A stretch of 64,000 bases of DNA from Actinomycetota bacterium. GTDB lineage: Bacteria > Actinomycetota > Coriobacteriia > Anaerosomatales > UBA912. The notes beneath the pieces are model-generated. The model made no database searches. It was not told the DNA's origin and was given only the letters and a program-made list of their open reading frames with translations. A program made the translations under genes and the position numbers. Numbering within the stretch: the first letter of the stretch is position 1; each line of letters opens with the position of its first letter. Positions 36,318 to 46,054 of the stretch are shown here, piece by piece. The stretch lies in assembly GCA_018334075.1 (NCBI GenBank), contig JAGXSC010000008.1:3342-67341 (forward strand), written 5' to 3'.

Positions 36318-37040
36318 TTGGCCCAGGCGATCTTTTTTGATATTGGCAACACGCTCCTAAGGCCCCATCCTGGGGTCTCGGAGGTGTGTAGGCAGGTTCT
36401 GAGCAGGATGGGCCACTCAGAAGACCTGTCAAAGATCGATGCCCTTATGCCTTTGGTCGACGACCACTATGAGCAACGGTATCGCGAGGACGATACATTT
36501 TGGACCTGTGAAGAGCGAGCTAGTGAAGTTTGGGTGGGTATGTATTCCCTGCTCGCCAGAGAGCTTGAGCTCGACTGCGATCACGCTCACTACGGCAGGC
36601 TTGTATACGATGAGTTTGGGTATGCCGGACGGTGGAGTCCTTACGAAGATGTGTTGCCTTTGCTGAAGAGACTGCACGACAATGGCTTGAGGCTTGCGGT
36701 AATTTCAAATTGGGACTCGCGGTTGACTTCGCTGCTCGACGACTTGGGACTCGCGCACTACTTCGAGCTCGTGATCTCCTCTGCTGATGTGGGGCTTCAC
36801 AAGCCTGACCCAAGAATCTTCAAGCTTGCCTGTGATCGCCTGGGTGTCGCCCCATCAGAGGTCGTTCACGTCGGAGACCATTATTATGCCGATATGTTGG
36901 GAGCTTCCTCGGCTGGAATACGGCCAGTGCTGATCGATCGCGGCGGAACCTACAGACTTGGAAGCAACAACAAGATATGCTCACTTGATTCGCTTGAGAG
37001 TCACCTGGGACTGACGCAGTCTTCCAAAGTGGTCACCTGA
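36318..37040 (+). CDS. HAD superfamily hydrolase
   Basis: Motif I FFDIGNTL, motif II ISNW, and motifs III/IV K...GD (HKPDPRIF, VGDHYYADMLGA). Confidence 0.8.
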   Translation: MAQAIFFDIGNTLLRPHPGVSEVCRQVLSRMGHSEDLSKIDALMPLVDDHYEQRYREDDTFWTCEERASEVWVGMYSLLARELELDCDHAHYGRLVYDEFGYAGRWSPYEDVLPLLKRLHDNGLRLAVISNWDSRLTSLLDDLGLAHYFELVISSADVGLHKPDPRIFKLACDRLGVAPSEVVHVGDHYYADMLGASSAGIRPVLIDRGGTYRLGSNNKICSLDSLESHLGLTQSSKVVT

Positions 37041-37059
37041 GAGAACAGGAGTGTTACAG

Positions 37060-38550
37060 ATGGCGATGAAGGACCTTCGTGAATTCATTGATATTCTCGA
37101 TCGACAGGGTCAACTCGTGCGCATTACCGAGGAGGTGGATCCTTACCTTGAGATAGGCGAAATCGCGGACCGAGTGAGCAAGGGATTCGGGCCCGGACTC
37201 CTCTTTGAAAACCCGATCAATCGCAAGACGGGCGAGCGCTACTCAATGCCCGTCGCCATCAACCTGATGGGAACATACGAGCGCATGGCCTGGGCGATGG
37301 GAGTTGATGCCCACACTGGCACCTGGAAGGATCTCGACGCAAAAGCCGCCGAGCTTATGGAGATGCTCCCACTCGACATGCCTGGCAGCATGAAGGGAAA
37401 GCTTGACTTGCTTGTTGGCCTTAAAGACATTGCTACGGCCGGACCCAGGGAGGTCAAGTCCGGTAAAGCACCTGTTCAGCAGGTGGTTTTGAGGGGCGAC
37501 GATGTTGACTTGACGAAGCTGCCGGTACTTACCACCTGGCCGAAAGACGGCGGCCCGTTTATTACCCTGCCACTGGTAGTCACGAACAACCTAAAGAATC
37601 GTCCCAACCTCGGTATGTATAGACTGCAGGTTTTTGACAAAAATACGACAGGACTCCACATTCACGAGCATCACGATGGCGCCAAGAACCTTCGGGCATG
37701 GGCCAAAGCTGGCTCAAAACGGGTACCCGTAGCCGCCGCTCTCGGATCTGATCCGATCACGATATTTTCTGCAACTGCTCCTGTTCCGCCGATGATAGAT
37801 GAGTACCTTTTTTCGGGAATTTTGCGCAAAGAGCCAGTTGAAGTCGTAAAGTGCGTTACCAATGATCTTATGGTGCCAGCGCATGCCGAAATTGTGCTTG
37901 AGGGATGGTGCGACCCGGATGAGGTTCGGTGGGAGGGTCCATTCGGCGACCACACCGGCTACTACTCGCTACCGGATAATTTCCCGGTTTTTCACGTAGA
38001 GGCGATCACCATGCGGCGCGACGCCATCTATCCTACGACGATTGTCGGCAAGCCTCCAATGGAGGATTGCTATATGGCCAAAGCCACCGAAAGGATATTT
38101 TTGCCGGTGATCAGGGCCATGTTGCCCGAAGTAATCGATTACGATTTGCCGCTCGAAGGCGTGTTTCATAACTGCGCCATATTCCGAATCAAGAAGGAGT
38201 TTCCCGGTCAGGCTTTTCGAGTTATGAACTTTGCGTGGTCTATGGGCCAGATGATGCTGACAAAATACGTTATCGTTGTCGACGAAGATGTTGACTGCCA
38301 CAACTACAGTGAGGTTGCCTGGCGATGCTTTAACAACGTGGATCCCAGTCGCGACATCCTGATCAGCAAAGGTCCGCTCGACAAGCTGGATCATGCGAGT
38401 AACTTCGAGAGCTTTGGATACAAGATGGGGATCGACGCGACCAAGCCCTTGCCGGGAGAAGGATATGATCGAGAGTGGCCAGAATCCCTGGAGATGGATG
38501 CGGAGGTCAAGGCCCGGATAGATGCGATGTGGGATGAGCTAGGCTTGTGA
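37060..38550 (+). CDS. ubiD: UbiD family decarboxylase (menaquinone/ubiquinone biosynthesis type)
   Basis: DLREFIDILDRQGQL.RI, FENP, GMYRLQV and GDHTGYY signatures. ATG 37060 after AGGAG. Confidence 0.9.
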   Translation: MAMKDLREFIDILDRQGQLVRITEEVDPYLEIGEIADRVSKGFGPGLLFENPINRKTGERYSMPVAINLMGTYERMAWAMGVDAHTGTWKDLDAKAAELMEMLPLDMPGSMKGKLDLLVGLKDIATAGPREVKSGKAPVQQVVLRGDDVDLTKLPVLTTWPKDGGPFITLPLVVTNNLKNRPNLGMYRLQVFDKNTTGLHIHEHHDGAKNLRAWAKAGSKRVPVAAALGSDPITIFSATAPVPPMIDEYLFSGILRKEPVEVVKCVTNDLMVPAHAEIVLEGWCDPDEVRWEGPFGDHTGYYSLPDNFPVFHVEAITMRRDAIYPTTIVGKPPMEDCYMAKATERIFLPVIRAMLPEVIDYDLPLEGVFHNCAIFRIKKEFPGQAFRVMNFAWSMGQMMLTKYVIVVDEDVDCHNYSEVAWRCFNNVDPSRDILISKGPLDKLDHASNFESFGYKMGIDATKPLPGEGYDREWPESLEMDAEVKARIDAMWDELGL

Positions 38551-39416
38551 CCTCATCGGCGTATAAGCTCCGCGGGCTTTTACAGATAGTCAAGTTCGAG
38601 CACTCGGTTTTTGCGCTGCCATATGCCTATGTAGGTGCCCTTTACGGAGTCGCCTCAGGGCTACCCCGGTTGGTGGATATCGTTTGGATTACGGTTGTGA
38701 TGATCTCGGCGCGTGCTTTTGCATTTCTGATCAACCGCATCGCGGACAAGGAGATAGACGCCAGAAATCCAAGGACCGCATCCCGTGCGATTCCCGCCGG
38801 AGTGATCAAGGTCAAAGAGGCACTGTTTTTTGCTGTGGCCATATTGGTGTTGTATCTTGTTGGGGTTTGGCAGCTCGATCCCGTCGCTCGATATCTATGG
38901 CCGATACCGCTCGTTGCGTTCATCGTATACCCCTACACCAAGCGCTTTACCCCGTTTTGCCACTACTGGCTGGGGATGTGTCTGGGGCTAGCCCCGGTCG
39001 GCGGCTGGGTAGCTGTAGGCGGCTCTATCCTGGATCCAGCGCCGTGGATTCTCGGCGTGGCAGTTATGCTTTGGACTGCAGGATTTGACATCATATACGC
39101 GACGCAGGATGTGGAGTGCGACGTTCGGGACAAGATCCACTCAATGCCTGCGGACTATGGAGTTTCTGCGGCATTGCTGCAAACCCGCATAGTTCATGCG
39201 CTAACGGTCGCGCTGCTGATCTTTGCCGGGTATCTGCTTCAAGCTGGTATCGCATGGTTTGTGGCTGTGGCACTGGCGGCGGTGCTGTTATTCTATGAGA
39301 ACAGCATTGTTTCGCCCAAAGATCTATCGCGCGTAAATGCCGCTTTCTTCCTTGTAAACGGCTGTATAGCGATAATCATCGGCAGTGGCGCTTTTATCGA
39401 CAGAGTTTTCGGATAG
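38547..39416 (+). CDS. ubiA: UbiA family aromatic prenyltransferase
   Basis: NRIADKEIDARNPRT (first Asp-rich motif) and YATQDVECD (second motif) in a 9-TM protein. GTG overlaps the ubiD stop. Confidence 0.85.
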   Translation: MTSSAYKLRGLLQIVKFEHSVFALPYAYVGALYGVASGLPRLVDIVWITVVMISARAFAFLINRIADKEIDARNPRTASRAIPAGVIKVKEALFFAVAILVLYLVGVWQLDPVARYLWPIPLVAFIVYPYTKRFTPFCHYWLGMCLGLAPVGGWVAVGGSILDPAPWILGVAVMLWTAGFDIIYATQDVECDVRDKIHSMPADYGVSAALLQTRIVHALTVALLIFAGYLLQAGIAWFVAVALAAVLLFYENSIVSPKDLSRVNAAFFLVNGCIAIIIGSGAFIDRVFG

Positions 39417-39423
39417 GAGAGCT

Positions 39424-40023
39424 ATGGCTCGTTACACGGTCATCATAACGGGTGCTTCGGGAAGCGTTTATGGGCTCCGTTTGATCGAGCAGCTGCTTGT
39501 GCGCGAGCATGAGGTGGTGATCTCGTATACGAAGACCGGGCGCGATGTATGTTCTTTCGAAACCGGGTTTGATCTTGGTAGTGAGGATATAACCAAGGCT
39601 CTTCTGCGATTCTTCGAGATTACCTCAGAGAATGCCAAGCTGCGCGTCGTTGAGCCTGACCGCATGTTCGACTCGATCGCTAGCGGATCACATCGGGTTG
39701 ACGCCACGGTAGTTGCTCCGGCAAGTATGGGATTTGTTGCACGGGTTGCAGGGGGGCTAGCCAACGATCTTCCCTCCAGAGCCGCGGATGTTGCGCTCAA
39801 GGAGCGTTGGCGCCTGGTGCTGGTGCCTCGGGAGACGCCCCTTTCCTTGGTTCACCTGCGCAATTTGACTGCATGCGCCGAGGCTGGTGCGGTCGTGCTT
39901 CCGGCTATGCCGGCATTTTATCAACAACCGCAAACGCTCGATGACTCAGTGAACTTTGTTGTAGGTAAGGTTCTGGACACACTGGGGGTTGAGCATCAGC
40001 TGTTTCCCCGATGGGGGACGTGA
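39424..40023 (+). CDS. ubiX: Flavin prenyltransferase UbiX
   Basis: VIITGASGSVYGLRLIE, VAPASMGF, RERWRLVLVPRETPLS. Confidence 0.9.
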   Translation: MARYTVIITGASGSVYGLRLIEQLLVREHEVVISYTKTGRDVCSFETGFDLGSEDITKALLRFFEITSENAKLRVVEPDRMFDSIASGSHRVDATVVAPASMGFVARVAGGLANDLPSRAADVALKERWRLVLVPRETPLSLVHLRNLTACAEAGAVVLPAMPAFYQQPQTLDDSVNFVVGKVLDTLGVEHQLFPRWGT

Positions 40024-40032
40024 AGACGGGGG

Positions 40033-41241
40033 CTATCGCCTGCGCAATCGCTTTTGCCTGATCCTTCTTAGCGTCGCCAGCCCGGGGATTCTCGGTCTTG
40101 GGACGTACTCCGAGATTGCAGTCAGGTAGTGCGCCTCCAGCTTTTCAGCCTGCCTGGCTATGGAGTAGTCGGCAATCTTCTCGACGGCTTTTTTCGAGTA
40201 CTCCTTCAATATCGAATCGTCGAGGAAGATCCTGTCGATCGCAGCGGCCATCGATTCGGGCCTTGGGGCCGTGATGAGTCCGGCTACTTCATGGGAGACG
40301 AAGTCGCAAGTTGCCGGATCGCGCACCGCAATTACTGGCAGACCCGCTGCCATCGCCTCACCTATGACCAGCCCTTGTGTCTCCGTTGTTGAAGAGAATA
40401 CGAAGGCGTCTGCCAAGTGATAGGCCGCAACCGACTCATCGCCTTTGAGGTATCCGGCAAAGGTGACTTTGGATTCGATGTCGAGCTCTCGGGCAAGCGA
40501 TTCCAGCTCGCCGCGATATGGGCCGTCACCGCAGATCAACAGGCGAATCGCTTCTGTATTGCAGTGCCATAATGCTCGCAATAACAGTTCGATGTTCTTT
40601 TCTCGGCCGAGTCGTCCCATAAACATCACTACTCGCTCGCCGGGTTTTATCGAGAGCCTCTGTTGTAGCGTCGTGATCGATGACGGGTTCGCTTTCGCGT
40701 ACTTGTCTACGTCTACCCCTGTGGGTAGCACCTCGATCGGCCGCTTGACTCCCCAGTCATATAGATATCCAGCGACCTTGCTCGAGGGAGCGATGATCGA
40801 GTCGCAGGCTTCACAGAATTCCCGGGAAAGCCTCTCGGCAAGCTTTCGGGTCAGGCGCGTGTCCCAGACGTAGTGGACGTACTCCGGGTAGAGGGTGTGG
40901 TATGTGTGTACATAAGGGATGCGCTGTCGTCGTGCCAGGTTCAATCCAAACAGGCCGATGCTGAACGGATCATGGGAGTGGATGATGTCGAAGCGTCCCT
41001 TGTCGAGCATCCGAAGTACTTCGATTGAGAGCGGGAATGCGACACGCATCTCTTTTTGGAACAAAAAGGGCATCGATGGGAATCGGATGGTAACATCGCC
41101 GTCGTCGTGGTGGTCGGGATCGGGAGCGAAGACGTAAACTTCGTGACCTCGCTCCTCTAGTGCGTTTTTGAAAAGACGAATAGACGTCACCACGCCATTG
41201 ATCTGTGGGGTGTAGGTATCGGTAAAAAAGCCTATTCGCAC
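40033..41241 (-). CDS. Glycosyltransferase family 4 (GT-B, group 1)
   Basis: MRIGFFTDTYTPQINGV N-terminus and the C-terminal E-x7-E region (SSTTETQGLVIGEAMAAGLPV). Confidence 0.85.
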   Translation of the reverse strand: MRIGFFTDTYTPQINGVVTSIRLFKNALEERGHEVYVFAPDPDHHDDGDVTIRFPSMPFLFQKEMRVAFPLSIEVLRMLDKGRFDIIHSHDPFSIGLFGLNLARRQRIPYVHTYHTLYPEYVHYVWDTRLTRKLAERLSREFCEACDSIIAPSSKVAGYLYDWGVKRPIEVLPTGVDVDKYAKANPSSITTLQQRLSIKPGERVVMFMGRLGREKNIELLLRALWHCNTEAIRLLICGDGPYRGELESLARELDIESKVTFAGYLKGDESVAAYHLADAFVFSSTTETQGLVIGEAMAAGLPVIAVRDPATCDFVSHEVAGLITAPRPESMAAAIDRIFLDDSILKEYSKKAVEKIADYSIARQAEKLEAHYLTAISEYVPRPRIPGLATLRRIRQKRLRRR

Positions 41242-41433
41242 TGCTGGTCAGTTACCTTTCACGACTTAGTAAAGCCCGGGAAGACTCCTGTAATCTGGCG
41301 GTTGACGCTTACGAGTTTATCGCTGCTTGACTTTTTGGGCAAAAGGATACGATACTACGGACTACAGGGTCGGTTTTTTACCGTAGCAGTTGCACTCTAT
41401 TTGTAGCCACAATAGTACCAGGAGGTATTAGCG

Positions 41434-41589
41434 ATGACCCTCGCACAAGCGCGTAAGCGCTATCCTTTGGTTCCCACCGAGATCATCCAGTGGGCGCTCG
41501 ATAACATTCCCAATCCTGCCGATGCCGAGCGCGGTCTTTTTCGGCTGGAGCAGGCCAAGCGCCTGGAGATCAAGTACGCCCGGATGTAA
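41434..41589 (+). CDS. Possible 51-aa protein (below the ORF-track cutoff)
   Basis: ATG 41434 preceded by CCAGGAGGT at ideal spacing. Translation MTLAQARKRYPLVPTEIIQWALDNIPNPADAERGLFRLEQAKRLEIKYARM. Followed by a small hairpin CAGCG-AGGG-CGCTG-TTT. Confidence 0.35.
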   Translation: MTLAQARKRYPLVPTEIIQWALDNIPNPADAERGLFRLEQAKRLEIKYARM

Positions 41590-41620
41590 CAGCGAGGGCG
41601 CTGTTTCGGCACAAGGTGAG

Positions 41621-41695
41621 TGGAGGCGACGCCCGGATTCGAACCGGGGATGAGGGCTTTGCAGGCCCCTGCCTTAGCCACTTGGCCACGTCGCC
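41621..41695 (-). tRNA. tRNA-Cys (anticodon GCA), CCA encoded
   Basis: Reverse complement GGCGACGTGGCCAAGTGGCTAAGGCAGGGGCCTGCAAAGCCCTCATCCCCGGTTCGAATCCGGGCGTCGCCTCCA folds as a cloverleaf with loop CTGCAAA. Confidence 0.9.
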
Positions 41696-41781
41696 ACAGT
41701 ACTACGATAGATCTATCTTTCAATCGGTCCCAAGCCCTTGCTTGCCTGTCGCATCTGCTTGACCGACTCGTGTAGGATGAG

Positions 41782-41857
41782 TGGAGCGGACGACGGGATT
41801 CGAACCCGCGACCCCAACCTTGGCAAGGTTGTGCTCTACCAACTGAGCCACGTCCGC
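41782..41857 (-). tRNA. tRNA-Gly (anticodon GCC), CCA encoded
   Basis: Reverse complement GCGGACGTGGCTCAGTTGGTAGAGCACAACCTTGCCAAGGTTGGGGTCGCGGGTTCGAATCCCGTCGTCCGCTCCA. Anticodon stem CAACC/GGTTG, loop TTGCCAA. Confidence 0.92.
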
Positions 41858-41993
41858 GCGAAGGGTAGTGTAGCAAGGGGTCTTGACCTGCGCAAGATGC
41901 TAGGTGTCTATGAGAATCTTCTTTCTCGGCTTTGCTTTTTTTCAGAGATTGGTACAATACCGTTCGTTGCAACTATTATGGCGATCACAAAAC

Positions 41994-42068
41994 GGGCGCT
42001 TAGCTCAGGGGGAGAGCGCTTCCTTGACACGGAAGAGGTCAGAGGTTCAAATCCTCTAGCGCCCACCA
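41994..42068 (+). tRNA. tRNA-Val (anticodon GAC), CCA encoded
   Basis: GGGCGCTTAGCTCAGGGGGAGAGCGCTTCCTTGACACGGAAGAGGTCAGAGGTTCAAATCCTCTAGCGCCCACCA. Anticodon stem CTTCC/GGAAG, loop TTGACAC. Confidence 0.92.
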
Positions 42069-42109
42069 TCAGTACTTCATGTCAGTATGACTTATTTGAA
42101 TGGACCGGC

Positions 42110-42673
42110 ATGTTCAAGGCGCTGACTTTGAGCCAAGGAAAGCGGGCTGGAAGAACATCACGTGTCCGTAGATTTCTCGGGCACGTGGTCTTATATCTGC
42201 TTATCTGGTTGGTAATCACCGGCGGCGATCTCTCTTCGCTCTTCTTCGGCGTGCCGTTTTCGATTATGGCTGCAGTTGTCTCAACTTCAATGTCGCGCCA
42301 GGACGCTTTACGGTTGAGCCCTTTGGGTATCGCGAGGTTCTTACTGTATTTCATGAAAAACTCACTTGTTGGAGGGGTAGACGTCGCGCTGCGGGCGATA
42401 AGGCCGTCAATGCCCCTCAATCCGGGATTTATAAACTTTGAATTCCGACTGCCATGTGATTTTTCGCGCGCCCTGCTATGCGACACCGTTAGCCTGTTGC
42501 CAGGCACATTGAGCGCGGGGTTCGTTCGTGACTCTGTGTATCTTCACGTTCTTGACGTGTCGCAGCCCGTGGAGAAGGAGACGCGCAAGATCGAGCAACT
42601 TATCGCCAATGCGCTCTGTATTGACCTCCCGGAAGCACCGGGCGATCATTTGACGGTTAGTGAAGATAGATGA
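42110..42673 (+). CDS. mrpE: Mrp/Mnh-type complex subunit E (MbhA-like)
   Basis: Two TM helices, then the ...VSLLPGTLSAG... motif (LTPGT-like) typical of MnhE. The longer ORF-track N-terminus runs through tRNA genes and was trimmed. Confidence 0.75.
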   Translation: MFKALTLSQGKRAGRTSRVRRFLGHVVLYLLIWLVITGGDLSSLFFGVPFSIMAAVVSTSMSRQDALRLSPLGIARFLLYFMKNSLVGGVDVALRAIRPSMPLNPGFINFEFRLPCDFSRALLCDTVSLLPGTLSAGFVRDSVYLHVLDVSQPVEKETRKIEQLIANALCIDLPEAPGDHLTVSEDR

Positions 42674-42963
42674 TTCCAGATGTGATATTCATGGGTTTTG
42701 CAACAGCAGTGCTGCTTACTATGTTGCTTGGATTTCTGCGAATCGAAATGGGTCCCACCCCTACCGATCGCATGCTTGCAGCCCAACTCTTCGGCACATC
42801 CGGAGTAGCCGTACTTCTCCTTCTCGCCGAGGCTCATTCACTGCCTGCCCTCCGGGATGCCGCTCTCGTTTTGGCTCTGCTGGCCGCTATCACAGGAATT
42901 GCGTTTGTGAAGCGTGCTTATCAGATTGATAGCAAAACCGCCGAGGAGGTTCAGGCCAAATGA
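42670..42963 (+). CDS. mrpF: Mrp/Mnh-type complex subunit F
   Basis: 97-aa, 3-TM protein with GPTPTDRMLAAQL, as in MrpF/PhaF. ATGA overlap with mrpE. Confidence 0.8.
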   Translation: MIPDVIFMGFATAVLLTMLLGFLRIEMGPTPTDRMLAAQLFGTSGVAVLLLLAEAHSLPALRDAALVLALLAAITGIAFVKRAYQIDSKTAEEVQAK

Positions 42964-43262
42964 ATTTCTTCGGCTACCTGACGATCGGTTTACTTGTTGT
43001 CGGTACTCTATTTTTTATAGCTGGCACCGTCGGACTACTTCGATTTCCAGACGTATATTCGCGTCTGCATGCTTTGACCAAGGCCGATAATCTCGGACTC
43101 GGGCTTGTGGCAATCGCGCTCGCAATCAACTCTAGCTCTGCGATTGTGTCGATCAGGCTGCTGATCACCTGGCTTCTTGTGCTCCTGGCCACCGCGACGA
43201 CGAGTCACCTGATCGCACGCGCGGCACGCGAAAACAATATTGAGCCCTGGAGACGACCGTGA
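42960..43262 (+). CDS. mrpG: Mrp/Mnh-type complex subunit G
   Basis: GTVGLLRFPDVYSRLHALTKADNLG is the MnhG signature. ATGA overlap with mrpF. Confidence 0.85.
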   Translation: MNFFGYLTIGLLVVGTLFFIAGTVGLLRFPDVYSRLHALTKADNLGLGLVAIALAINSSSAIVSIRLLITWLLVLLATATTSHLIARAARENNIEPWRRP

Positions 43263-43564
43263 GCACTTGGGAGTTTGCATTCGATGCATGGCTCGTAGTG
43301 GTGCTTATCTGGCTGGCTATTCGCACTCTGAGTGAAGCCAGGCTATTCAAGTCGGTAGTGCTGTTCATAGCGCTAGGCCTATTTGTGGCATTCGCCTGGG
43401 TCAGGCTGGATGCGCCTGATGTGGCCTTAACTGAAGCTGCGCTCGGGGCCGGAATAACCGGTGCACTGCTTCTCGACACCGTTGGTCACCTTCGTGGCCG
43501 AAAGGTTCCTTACTCCTCCGCCGAGAGAGATTCTCAAGGGAAGGCGAGTGCGAGCGATGTCTGA
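43259..43564 (+). CDS. MbhD/DUF4040 protein (equivalent to the MrpA C-terminal segment)
   Basis: RLDAPDVALTEAALGAGITG is the DUF4040 signature. GTGA overlap with mrpG. Confidence 0.8.
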   Translation: MSTWEFAFDAWLVVVLIWLAIRTLSEARLFKSVVLFIALGLFVAFAWVRLDAPDVALTEAALGAGITGALLLDTVGHLRGRKVPYSSAERDSQGKASASDV

Positions 43565-44282
43565 TATCACGGGAAACACTACGCGATGGCAGCGTCTGGC
43601 GATAATCTTTATCTTGGCGATAGTTTTTGTGATTATCGCTCGTGGTGTGGTGGCGATCCCAGAAGATATTCTCGGCGTGGCTCCGCACATAACATCCAAT
43701 TTGACCGTTAGCGGAGTTGCCAACCCGGTTACCGCGGTGCTCCTGAACTTTCGCGGGTACGATACCTTGCTGGAGATAGGAGTCCTGATGTTGGCGACCA
43801 TCGGGGTGCTCTCCCTGGCCAAGAACCTTTCACTTGCGCAGATGAGGTTTAGTCCGCCTGCAGATCCGGTTCTCGCATTGATGACGCGCATATCAGTTCC
43901 GCTGCTTGTGCTCATCTCAGGCTATCTGCTGTGGGCGGGGGAGAAGGCGCCCGGAGGCGCTTTTCAGGCCGGTAGCGTATTGGGTGCCGCGGGGGTTCTG
44001 CTTGCCTTATCGGGTCATACCCGCCCAGCTTGGCTGAATGTGTCGATGCTGAGGGCATCGATAGCGGTGGGATTTGTCGTGTTCCTCGCTGCAGCTGTTG
44101 TGCCGATGTTCCTCGGCAAAAATTTGCTCGAATATCCTGTTGCGCTGGCCAAAACGCTAATCATCGTCATAGAAACGTGGCTCACCCTTTCCATCGGTTT
44201 TATGTTGGTGAGCATGTTCATCGCATCTGCCGCGCCGATCAGCCGTAACTTGGAGGAGCCCGTTGATGCCGAGTCAGACTGA
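43557..44282 (+). CDS. mrpB: MnhB/MrpB-domain subunit (MbhE/F-like)
   Basis: VANPVTAVLLNFRGYDTLLEIGVL is the MnhB signature. ATG 43557 overlaps the preceding stop. Confidence 0.8.
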   Translation: MSDITGNTTRWQRLAIIFILAIVFVIIARGVVAIPEDILGVAPHITSNLTVSGVANPVTAVLLNFRGYDTLLEIGVLMLATIGVLSLAKNLSLAQMRFSPPADPVLALMTRISVPLLVLISGYLLWAGEKAPGGAFQAGSVLGAAGVLLALSGHTRPAWLNVSMLRASIAVGFVVFLAAAVVPMFLGKNLLEYPVALAKTLIIVIETWLTLSIGFMLVSMFIASAAPISRNLEEPVDAESD

Positions 44283-44580
44283 TCTTTTTTCACTTGCAGG
44301 GGCGGCGATATTCGTCATCGGGCTCTATGGCCTTCTTGTCCGTCCCCACTTTCTGCACAAGGTACTTGCACTCAACATCATGGCCGTGGCGATTTTTCTT
44401 CTTCTCGGCGCGATTGCCAGGCGCGTACCCGATCAGGCGCCCGATGCACTCCCTCATGCAATGGTGCTCACAGGAATCGTGGTTTCTGTTGCTGCGACTG
44501 CCTACTCGCTCGCTCTGATAAAGCGCATCTTTACCGATACGGGAGCTGTCTCATTCGAAGATGAGGTCTCCGATGAGTGA
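44266..44580 (+). CDS. mrpC: MrpC / NuoK-like subunit
   Basis: ~100-aa, 3-TM protein (IFVIGLYGLLVR...LALNIM...) resembling NuoK/MnhC. GGAGGAG SD before ATG 44266. Confidence 0.8.
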   Translation: MPSQTDLFSLAGAAIFVIGLYGLLVRPHFLHKVLALNIMAVAIFLLLGAIARRVPDQAPDALPHAMVLTGIVVSVAATAYSLALIKRIFTDTGAVSFEDEVSDE

Positions 44581-46054
44581 GGCGCTGGCTCAGCATCTTC
44601 CAGTTATGGCGATCGGAGTGCTGCTTTTTGCTGCGGCGGCTGCATTTCTGACGAGCTTCAGGGTCGCCCGCTGGATCGCGCTTGTAACCGCGGGCACACA
44701 GCCTCTACTTGCCGGCTGGCTGGCGGCATCGGTTATGCAGAGTGGTCCGGTGGTCTACTCTATCGGCGGCTGGGGGGCGCCATTAGGGATCGATCTTTAC
44801 GTTGATGGCCTGTCGGCCCTGATGATTTTACTGACCGCGATAGTGGGTTTTGTGGTTACGCTTTACTCGGCAGGCTACTTTGAGCCAAAGGAGAAATACC
44901 GGCTCTTCTGGCCTTTGTGGCTTTTCCTTTGGGGCTCGCTCGTTGCCCTGTTTGCTTCTAACGACATATTTAACCTCTATGTGTGCCTGGAGCTGCTCAG
45001 CATCTCTGCAGTAGCGCTGGTGGCTTTGGCGGGTACGCGCACAGCCTTGTTCGCGTCGATGAGATACCTGCTGTCAGCGTTGGCCGGCTCGCTGATATAT
45101 CTGTTCGGTGTGGCGATGGTGTACGGCTCCACTGGCGTTCTTAGCATCGACCTTTTATCCGAGTACAGTGGTGTCGACCCCGCGACCCAGGTAGGGCTTG
45201 CTTTGATGGTCGTGGGTCTTTTGATAAAGACGGCTCTCTTTCCAATGCATTTCTGGCTGCCGCCTGCGCACGCGAATGCTGTTGCGCCGGTCAGCGCGGT
45301 ACTTTCAGCTCTCGTTATTAAGGGCTCGTTCTACATCATTTTGCGTATCGTTTTCACCTTGCCCACCGAGGATCTGATTCCCGCACTGCCCACACTGCTG
45401 GGTGCCCTCGGAGTCGCTGCTATCGTTTGGGGCTCGGTAATGGCGTTTATGCAGAAGCGGTTGAAGATGATGGTGGCCTATTCGACGGTTGCGCAGATCG
45501 GGTATCTGTTTCTCATGTTCCCGCTGGCCTTTTCCGCCCTGGATGTCGAGGGCTCGATTCTTGCGATAAACGCCGGGGTGTTCCATGCGCTGTCGCATGG
45601 TTTGGCCAAGGGAGCCATGTTTCTCTCGGCGGGTGCGGTAGTTGCCTCCATTGGCCACGACAACATCGAGCGGCTTTCCGGACTCTCCCGGGTGGCGCCC
45701 GTCCAAGCGCTTACTTTCGGGCTGGCAGGCGTCTCGATGCTTGGATTACCGCCGAGCGGAGGTTTCGTCTCGAAATGGCTTTATGTTTCCGCTGCGCTCG
45801 ATACAGGGCAGTGGTGGTGGGCGGCGGTTGTTATGGTCGGAGGGCTGATGGCCGCAGCCTATGTGTTTAAGGCGGTTGGAGTGTTTATGCGCGAGCCGCA
45901 GGGGATCAAAGTGGAAACTACGCTCCCGCTGTCTACTTCGTGGGCCCCGCTTTCACTGGCGCTTATCTCACTGTTTCTGGGTGTATTCGGTCAGCCCGCA
46001 CTCGATCTTCTTGCGCCCGCCGCACAGGCGCTATCCGAAGGAATCCTCTCATGA
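44573..46054 (+). CDS. mrpD: MrpD / NuoM-N-like antiporter-like subunit (proton-conducting membrane transporter family)
   Basis: TM5 Glu (YVCLELLS), TM7 Lys (LLIKTALFPMHFWLPPAH), and the AYSTVAQIGY and FHALSHGLAKGAMFL motifs. The start could instead be 44561. Confidence 0.85.
   Translation: MSEALAQHLPVMAIGVLLFAAAAAFLTSFRVARWIALVTAGTQPLLAGWLAASVMQSGPVVYSIGGWGAPLGIDLYVDGLSALMILLTAIVGFVVTLYSAGYFEPKEKYRLFWPLWLFLWGSLVALFASNDIFNLYVCLELLSISAVALVALAGTRTALFASMRYLLSALAGSLIYLFGVAMVYGSTGVLSIDLLSEYSGVDPATQVGLALMVVGLLIKTALFPMHFWLPPAHANAVAPVSAVLSALVIKGSFYIILRIVFTLPTEDLIPALPTLLGALGVAAIVWGSVMAFMQKRLKMMVAYSTVAQIGYLFLMFPLAFSALDVEGSILAINAGVFHALSHGLAKGAMFLSAGAVVASIGHDNIERLSGLSRVAPVQALTFGLAGVSMLGLPPSGGFVSKWLYVSAALDTGQWWWAAVVMVGGLMAAAYVFKAVGVFMREPQGIKVETTLPLSTSWAPLSLALISLFLGVFGQPALDLLAPAAQALSEGILS

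Noticed and set aside
41460-41972. A 170-aa minus-strand ORF, and the N-terminal ~124 codons of the 311-aa plus-strand ORF (41738-42673)
   Set aside because: Both run straight through three hand-folded tRNA genes (Cys, Gly, Val) and have Arg/Ser/Cys-rich, non-protein-like composition. Only the C-terminal MrpE-like part (from ATG 42110) of the plus ORF was kept.
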